From: Octopus vulgaris
Taxonomy: Eukaryota
DNA: 64,000 nt
Reading direction: 5' to 3'
NCBI GenBank assembly: GCA_951406725.2
Contig: OX597817.1
Span: forward strand, 72,478,001 to 72,542,000
This document shows, piece by piece, positions 1-64,000 of the stretch. A model generated the notes under the pieces. The model did no database searches. It was given only the letters and a program-made list of their open reading frames with translations, and had not been told where the DNA came from. The translations under genes and the position numbers were made by a program. The number at the start of each line of letters is the position of its first letter. The stretch's first letter is position 1.

Positions 1-764
1 ATAGATCAACACATATTTCAATTGCACCGATTAGTAACCGGTGCAATTGCAACCCTACTGTTAAACCAGTGCAGTTTTTTCAAGGTCTTTACTTGATATT
101 CTTCGATATGACCGTTCAAAGATTTTCTTTCTTCTACTCTGCGTGTAAGACTTAAAATGTAATACATAGATGTAAAGTTATATCTGAGGGTAAAGAATTC
201 TTTTACATCGGAGGGACATCAGTAATTTTCAAGTGACTGACAAATCATTTGAGTTCATTTAAAGACGATATTAATAGGTTCCAAACGAGTTTTAGCCAGT
301 TAATGTGATCTTTAAAGGACAGTAACAAAGACTATACTAGTAAATGGGAATTAATTTCTACTGCAAAACAACGCAGACCTGGAAACTATTTAGAAGAATT
401 TTACCGGATTTTCACATCCAAGGTTAATGTAATAAATTCTAGACAGAAACAAGCATTGAGATGGTTGCACTTGACGAAATTCACATTCGCCAAGTAAAAT
501 GAATAATTATCATTTAAACTATAGACGGTTTTGAAACAATGGATTAAAAATGATTATCCAATAAGAACTTGAAATGGAAATTGATAGCATCTAACTTAAT
601 GGACAGTTCTACATTATACAGCGCAGAGTAGATGAAAGAAAATCGTTAAACGGCCAAACCGAAGTATATAAAGTAAAGACCCTGAAGAAGCTGCACCGGT
701 TTTATAGTATAGTTACAATTGCTACGGTTACTAATAGGTGCAATTGAAACATGTGTTGGTCTAT
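1..764 (+). mobile_element. 5'-truncated Penelope-like element: decayed GIY-YIG endonuclease (156-497), 3' pLTR with hammerhead, and an inverted pLTR copy at 1-143
   Basis: Translates NVIHRCKVISEGKEFFYIGGTS..SLKDSNKDYTSKWELI..INSRQ..HLTKF; 1-143 is the reverse complement of 622-764 (roughly 80%). Confidence 0.75.
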
Positions 765-1234
765 ATATATATATATATATTTGGAAATGTATGCGTATTT
801 GTTTGTGCATGCACGTTTCAATATTTGTGTTACTGAGCGCATGTCTCTGTGTATGCCAGTGTATTCACACGTGTGTATATTCATCTAACAAAGTATGTAT
901 GTTTTTATATATATAAGTCATTAGTGACCACAGATAATTATGGAAACTACAATTACGCAACGGCAACAATTGTTTCTTGACTGTAGAAATTAATGTGTGT
1001 TTGTGCACGCGCACAGATTAATTATCGGCATTGTTAATTAAACTACAGATCAGTGCTGATTCAACAGGCTTATAGTCAAAAACGTTCCAACTGCAACTGT
1101 CAGGGTTTTTGTTTTCTGCTTTGTTTTTAGAACTACATTTTCTTTAAAACATTAGGGTGTGATTTGAGGGAGATTTGGTTTCTGTTTCTATTATAACCGC
1201 CGGATAAAAACAAATTTTTTTCTTCTAGAGACAC

Positions 1235-2250
1235 GCCAGGCTCATGAGGACCGGTTTCGCGGTTTCACTGGCGTATATAATAAAATAATAATAATGAAAT
1301 TATTGTATACAGTGCTCAGGTGCACCACAACTTGTCAAAAGTGTATATAATGCATACGCAGTAATGTACAAATGTCTGGAAAGTGAACAGTGTATGAGTC
1401 AGATACATGCTTGCGTGTGTATGGAGGGGAGAAAATCAGGTGTAGTGTTGGCGAATCTCTAGAAGCATGGAAGTTTTGAAGGATGCAGTGCTCCGACAAC
1501 TAACAACTGATGCCGGCAGTTTGTTCCATGTTTCCGAAAGTCATGGGAGCTGTGCTGTTTTCTGACTCTGTAAACATGTCCATGGGTGTTAAACAGATGG
1601 CGTTTGAAAAGGTGCTCAGAGTTATTGTTTGTAAGATGGTTAATAATTTTATGGGTGTCTGCCAAGTCAGCTACCAGACGACTGAGTTTCAATGTATACA
1701 TGCCCAGGGAAGTAAGGCGTTCAAAATATGGCAAATGCCTGATGGAGGGTATTCTCTTGATTGCACGTCGCTGAACGGCTTCCAGACGATTAATATCCTG
1801 GGCAAGATAGGGGTTCCAGACCGGTGATGCAAATTCCAGGTGAGGTCGTACCATAGCTATATAAAGCCGCAGATATATAGCCGGAGAGCAGCTCACAAAG
1901 ACTTGGTGATTGATGTCAAGACACCCTCAGCCTTCTTGGCAATTTTAGCGATGTGTTTTGTCCAACGCAAATCGCTGTCGACAATAACGCCCAGGTCCCG
2001 TTCACATGAAGACTTTTTGAGATTAGTGTTGTGGAGGGAGTAAGTAGACGCTGGGTTATATGTATTCCCCACCTGAACAGGACGCCAGTCTGTCGTAGGA
2101 TTACTCATTTTTTTCCAACTGAGTGGACTGGAGCAAAGTGAAATGGAGTGTTTTTCTCAAGAACACAACGCATCACCTGGTCCAGGAATCGAAACCACAA
2201 TCTTACGATCATGAGTCTAACACCCTAACCACTAAGTCACGCGCCTTCAC
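1235..2250 (-). mobile_element. tRNA-derived SINE split in two (1235-1276 and 2057-2250) by the CR1 fragment
   Basis: The two halves are collinear with the uninterrupted copy at 15734-15972. Confidence 0.7.
1277..2056 (-). mobile_element. CR1-clade LINE 3' fragment (RT C-terminus, frameshifted)
   Basis: ERDLGVIVDSDLRWTKHI, VRPHLEFASPVWNPY..INRLEAVQRRA. Confidence 0.85.
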
Positions 2251-2364
2251 CTCTGCCGGATAGAAGCAGTTTATTCATGTCTTAAAATCTGTTTACATGT
2301 GCAAAAAATTATATACACATCTATTTGCTTACATATTGTTGTATATTTACTTTTTTTATTGCAG

Positions 2365-57980
<55,616 letters not shown>

Positions 57981-58600
57981 GTAAGTCAATCTGTTTGAAA
58001 TGTATTTCACTTCCTATCATACCTTCTAACTCTGTGTATGTGTCAAGACGTGTAGAAAGCAGACAGACCGACAGGTCTGATTCAAAATTCTGATCGCAAA
58101 TATTAGCAGCCGAATCTCTGACCTGTCATCAAATAACGATGTATTTAATACAGCCTTTCTTCACTATAATAGCATACTAATTTCAAGTGATCATAAAGTT
58201 CTGTTACCCACTAACTCCCTGACACAGCAGAAAATACATCAAAACAAGTTATTCTTAGGTTTCCACGTTCCCAATGCACAGCTTAACTAACATGGAAATA
58301 TAAATGAACAGAAACAAATCCTTCCATTTTACTACCACTGTAATGTAAGGGACAATAACTTTACGGTTAAAATTATTTGATATTATTCTATCTTATTTGC
58401 AAGCTCAGGCAAAGTAGTCATTTTAGCATAGCACTTCTCGAAAGTTTTTAAGCAGTCAACGAAGAAGGAATATAAAAATGAATCCCAGTTAACAAAATAT
58501 ATTTCTACACGCATCAACAAAGGTATTCGTGTAATATCTTTATTAAATGCATTAATGAGCAGGAGTTTCTCTACCTTAAACCAACAATATAGCGGTCAGA

Positions 58601-60030
58601 TCCTAACCCTAACCCTAACCCAGACCCTAACCCTAACCCAGACCCTAACCCTAACCCAGACCCTAACTCTAACCCAGACCCTAACCCTAACCCAATCCTA
58701 ATTCTAAGCCCTAAGCAGTTTAAACTGGGTTAGGCCGGTCCAGACCAGATGAAACCAGATCAGACCGATCGAAACCAAATCAGATCGGTCGAAACCGGGT
58801 CGGGCCGGTCGAATCCGATTCAGACCAGTCAAATCCAGCTCAGACTAGTTCAATCCGGTTTACACCAGTCCGTACCAGTCCAAATCATCTCACACAGGTT
58901 CAGACCGATCGATACCGAATCACACTTTTAATCAAACATCTTCATTAAACATTTTCATCAAACATTTTCATCAAACATCAAACATCTTCATGAAGCATCT
59001 TTATGAAACATCAAACATCATCAAACATCACCGAAAATTATCATATCTTTATCAAACAATCAGACTTCATTGACAAGCATTATCAAACATCAATCAGCAC
59101 CATCAAAGATCATCAAGCACTATCACACATCATCAATCATCAAATATCATCATCAAACAGCATCATCATACATGATCATCATCAAACATCATCATTAAAC
59201 ATCATCATCGTCGAACAACCATCGTCATCGTCATCATCAAACATCATTATGAAGCATCATCAAACATCATCATCCTATCCAGACCGGTTCAGACTGATCC
59301 AGACCGATCCAAATCGGATAAGACCGGTCCAGATTGGTCCAAACCAGTTCATACTGGTCGAAACTGGATCAGACCGGTCGAAACTGGATAAGACCGGTGC
59401 CAACTGCTTCAGACCAGTCCAGACCGGTCCAAAGCGGATTACAACAGTGCTAACTTACCCTAACAGGTCCAAATCGTGCCAGATTGGTCCACGCCGGATC
59501 AAACCGGTCAAAACTGAACTAGGCCGGTCCAGACCAATCAAACATTGTATCAATCTATCAATCTATCAAACATCTATCAAACATTTGTATCAAACATTTC
59601 CATCACCATCTCCAAACTGGTTCAGACCAGTCAAGACCGGTCCGAACCAGATAAAACCGGTCTAGCACGGTCCAAACCGGATTAGAACGGTCTAAACCGG
59701 TTGAGAACGGTCCAAACTGGTCCGAACTGGATCGGACTGGTCCGGATCAGACCAGTCGAAATCGGATCAGACCGGTCTGAAACTGTATCAGACTGGTATA
59801 AACCGGGCCAGACTGGTCCAAACCGGATCAGAGCCTGTCCCTAAACCTAATCCTAACCCTATCTCTAAACCTAACCCTAACCCTTACTGTAGATGTAACC
59901 ATTGCCCTAAACCTAACCCTGAACCTAACCCTTACCCCAAACCTACCCCTAACTTTAAACCTAACCCTAACAGGTCCAAACCGGATCAGACGTGTCCAGA
60001 CCAGTCGAAACGGGTGCGACTAGATTTAGA
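58601..60030. repeat. Composite minisatellite: (CCCTAA)-like tracts (58601-58715, 59838-59970), degenerate 10-mer AGACCGGTCC blocks and AAACATC blocks
   Basis: Read directly from the sequence. Confidence 0.85.
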
Positions 60031-60069
60031 AAAACTGAAACTCTGCTACTACGGCTCGAAAAATAGTGA

Positions 60070-61420
60070 CAATCAGAGGCATCAGCCTCAAATTTAGATA
60101 TGTCAGGAAACAGCCACGAACGTTCAGATTGATAGGTTCCTACACGATATATTGCAAGACATCGGCCATATATCGAAGGGAAGGACTTTCGGAGGTATAT
60201 TATCATCTGTTGGGACTGATATGGTCAATTAGAAGAATTTTTTTCTTGTTGGTCCCTGGCAACATTATCTGGCATATTAGCTTTGATGCTTCTGTATGTG
60301 TATTCGCATAACTCAGAGTATGTTTGCTTTGTCATTTTTTGAGACCTTTTCTAGGATATGCCCTTTACACCTTTTCCTGTTGTCACTCCGTTTTGTTGAC
60401 ACAGATTCCTGTGCATATAGGTATCTACTCCGTCATGTCTGTGGATGTGTTCCTTCTTAGCCAGTACTGGACAACCAGAAACAATATAATTTATTGTTTC
60501 TTCCCCATCCTCTCCTAATCTGCCGTTATTTATTGTACCATTATGTATTCTTGATTATTTCTGGTGGAGAGGCTTTGATCTTGTACTGCAATTAAAAATC
60601 GTTTAGTCTCTGTTCTGATATCCTAACTTCTCAACCAATGTTGAGATTTTATTTAGTCTGTTTCTTTTCTATTTAGCTTATTCCAGTATTTGTCATGTAA
60701 GGGCTTTTCTTGTTTTCTTGCCATCGTTTTATCATGGTATTTTGTAGTTCTAGTTCCAGTTTTAGCTTATATTTTTGTTGCTTCGTGGCTTTTTATTCTT
60801 CAGAGTTGTCAGGTATTATGGCTGGCTTCCTTGAAGACAGAAAACAGTTTTTTGCTTTGTATCAAATTTCTTTGGTTCTGATTTGGATATCTCCGTTGTC
60901 ATATAGCGGATATTTTATAGTAGTTTTCTCGTTGTATAAGACCACTACCACCTTCAATTCGTTCTATATATAAGATTCTCTAAATTCTCTCATTATTTTT
61001 CTTGTTTCCCTGCCTAACTTGGCTAGTTCATTTGGTGTTCAGTTAAGAATATAATAACTTATAGCTGGAACAGCTAGATTATTGGTGCCTATTATCTTAT
61101 TTTTTTACTTTGATCGCTATCTTAAGTATCAATCTAAATTATCTATAATATTTCTTCATTATCAATTCTTTCATTTCTGCGTGTTTTACAGCATCTAGTT
61201 CATTGATTCCTAAGTATTTATATGAGTGAGTTTGGTCAAGTTATCTCATTTGATTTTCTTTATCTAGTGTAATATTGCTATTCTTAATCAATTTCTTTTC
61301 TAGCCTTTCTTTTAAAGGCTGCTTTTGCACATTTTCTAGGCAAAATTTCATACTTGTTTCTTTGGTAATTCCATGCACTATCTGTAGCAATGTTTCCAGT
61401 TGTTTATCATTTGAATAACA
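60070..61420 (-). mobile_element. Decayed R4/Dong-type LINE fragment
   Basis: Minus strand HRHDGVDTYMHRNLCQQNGV; YKYLGI. Confidence 0.65.
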
Positions 61421-61434
61421 CCATCACCACCACC

Positions 61435-61466
<32 letters not shown>

Positions 61467-61467
61467 C

Positions 61468-61499
<32 letters not shown>

Positions 61500-61547
61500 C
61501 AACAACAACAACAACAATAATAATAATAATAACAATAATGATAATAA

Positions 61548-61861
61548 TGCGATAAGGAAGAAAGAAAAGTTGAAAGATATGACAGGTTAGCTTGGGAAGT
61601 TAAGCAGTCATGGTCGTTGAAAAAGGTAGCAGTAATACCAATAATTGTCGGAGCCCTGGGAACAGTGAGCAAAAATCTCGAGAAGTACGTGGAACAAATA
61701 TGGGCTGCAATAAGGGTGGAGCACTTGCAGAAAACAGCACTGCTTGGAACCGCTCCAATACTCCGAAAGGTGCTCGAAAAATAAGAGGTGTTACCTTAGT
61801 TCATTGGTAGTGAACAGCTGACACTGTAGTACATCTCCAGCGTTAGAAGCTGTGCAAAAGC

Positions 61862-61862
<1 letters not shown>
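61548..61862 (+). mobile_element. R4/Dong-type LINE 3' end flanked by (TAA)n on both sides
   Basis: EKVERYDRLAWEVKQ..VIPIIVGALGTV..LQKTALLGTAPILRKVL. Confidence 0.8.
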
Positions 61863-61932
<70 letters not shown>

Positions 61933-64000
61933 GAGAAGAGAGAACACCGGGGGACTTTTAAGATGTAAGAAGGAAAATTCAGAGCTCCGAAACCTATCCA
62001 CAAACATCGAAAACAAGGACATCCTATGGAGCCAAAGTTTTACTAACAAAGAATTGGACTGTATCCGAGTAAGTAATACAAACTGAAATTTATTACTATT
62101 TTCGAAACGAAATGATGTATTTTGACTCGATATCATCTCCACCTCTAACGCAACACATGTAAGCATGCGTGAAACATCACGATCATCTCCGACCCCAAAC
62201 ACCATGTACAAAGGAACTACGAAGAAATTAAATGCCACCGATACTATTCAACCCAAGAATAACAATCGAGCGGTACGTACATTAAACCTACAACAAAAAA
62301 TGTACGAAAAACTACACGTGCGAAATAATGTGACAACAGAAATAAACGGACCGGTACCCTACGAAAATGACGACCGTCAAAATAATGGGCCGGACGTTGT
62401 ACCTCATGTCCCGCAAATAAAACCCAAAAGACGTAAATGGACACGTGAGGAATACATTTCTATCTTACACGCATACTTCACAGCAGTACTCTACCCAAAA
62501 AATGAAAATACAACAACACATACATATAAAATATGGAAGGAAAATAATAGAGATTTAGACTTGGATACAGCAATGAACCCTAATAAATTAGCTAACGTAC
62601 GAAGATACATTCTCAACACAAAAAAAATATCAGAAATAGAAATAGAACACCTAAAAGAAAACATACACCAGGAAAATGTAGATAGAAGCCACACAACAAT
62701 GCCCAATAATATAAACACTGAAACTGTAAAACACGAAGACAAACGCAACATTCCCAACAAACACGATGTAAACAACGAAGGGGAGCCTAATGATTATGAT
62801 AATATAAAAAATAAAATAATCAAAGAACTAAAAACCACAGAGCTCAAAATGGACCACCGACCATACCTCCCAAGAATAAAAATAAACGCAATAACAACAC
62901 CAATTATAAACAACATAAACCTAGCCGTCACTGAACTAGCCACTGAAACAAAAAAAAGTGATATCACTGAACTAAATGACTTGATATACGCAGCAGCCAC
63001 TGCAGCCACAAAAGAAGCTGGATACTCACCCAAACCCGCCCAAACAGGAGTACCACCACCCAAACAAACCCTGTGGATAAATAACATCCAAAACAAAATA
63101 AAAAAAATTAGAAAAGACCTGTCGATTCTTAATGAAATCAGCAAACAAGCAACGCTACTGAGCAACAAAAAGAGAACAAAAATGCTCCGCAAATATAACA
63201 CCACAGAAAAAGATTTGCCGGAGATAAAAGAAAAGCTGAAGCAAGATATCCTTGCCAAAGCTCAAAGGATCCGCCGGTACGAGAAACGCCAACGCTTCTT
63301 TGAACAGAACAAAAAGTTCAACTCCGACCCCAAAAGTTCTACCAAGAACTGGGCAAAAATAAAATAGAAGTCACTGCAGCACCAACGGCAGAAGAATTGG
63401 AAGAATTCTGGGGAGAAATATGGTCGGCGAACGAACCACCAAAAAAAAGGAGTATCAAAATAACAAACTCGGCATCTGAACAAACTTGGACCCCCATAAC
63501 AACTGAAGAGGTTACCCAGGCACTGCAAAGACTAAGCAACTGGAAGGCACCTGGGCATGACAAGATCCCCAACTTCTGGTTGAAATATCTAACAGGAATG
63601 CACAAAAAGCTGGCTGAAAACTTTAACAACGTACTAGCAGAGCCAGAGACAATGCCTGAATGGCTCACGAAGGGGAAAACCATCTTAATTCCCAAATCAA
63701 ATGAAACAGAAAAACCAGAAAACTACAGACCAATAACCTGCCTCCCTACTATGTTCAAGGCATTTACTGCAGTGATATCACAAAGGCTGAACAAGCACCT
63801 GGACGAAAACAAACTGTTCCCAGAAGAGCAGAAAGGATGCCGCAAAGGCTCATATGGCTGTAAAGATCAACTAATGATTAATAAAGCCATAACTGAAGAC
63901 AGCCACAGAAAGAAGAAAGGCCTCAGTATGGCCTGGATTGACTACAAAAAGGCGTTTGATAGCATCCCCCACACATGGATCCTCGAAACACTAGCCATTA
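61933..64000 (+). mobile_element. Young R4/Dong-type non-LTR retrotransposon, 5' part (ORF from 62165; one frameshift near 63333; RT continues past the window end)
   Basis: After the shift: FYQELG..FWGEIW..NWKAPGHDKIPNFWLK..NYRPITCL..EQKGCRKGSYGCKDQLMIN..AWIDYKKAFDSIPH, with no stops. Confidence 0.9.

Noticed and set aside
58601-58715. True telomere or chromosome fusion site
   Set aside because: Short, degenerate and interstitial; both tracts are on the same strand, not head-to-head.
59003-59665. 220-aa ORF
   Set aside because: It lies wholly within the composite minisatellite and has no domain motifs or matching splice pattern.
58720-59835. CRISPR-like array
   Set aside because: Eukaryotic context, degenerate 10-mers with no unique spacers, no cas genes.

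Overview
AT-rich, microsatellite-dense eukaryotic genomic DNA. The SINE/LINE/PLE repertoire suggests a mollusc, probably Octopus (inference). Almost none of the supplied ORFs are real genes. The window lies inside one large spliced + strand gene, with no start or stop codon visible. I can trace 26 GT-AG exons, all phase 1-1, that join into an open frame of about 1510 codons. The order is one unassigned 45-aa exon, two duplicated Ser/Thr/Pro mucin-like exons, then eight tandem copies of a three-exon module (A 210 nt, B 234 nt, C 99 nt; 181 aa; last C missing). Each module encodes two heavily N-glycosylated Ig-like domains. Modules 4-7 are very recent ~3.1-3.8 kb tandem duplications with mosaic sequence. 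The introns contain: a young retrozyme-like 364-nt tandem repeat with type I hammerhead ribozymes carrying a U3-A8 core covariation; many Penelope-like element (PLE) fragments and inverted pLTRs with hammerhead remnants beside (TA)n; R4/Dong-type LINE pieces beside (TAA)n, one of them young and near intact; CR1 and RTE LINE remnants; tRNA-SINEs; Tc1/mariner pieces; a Helitron-like element; a MITE-like palindrome; and a composite telomere-like minisatellite. Coordinates of decayed repeats are approximate.
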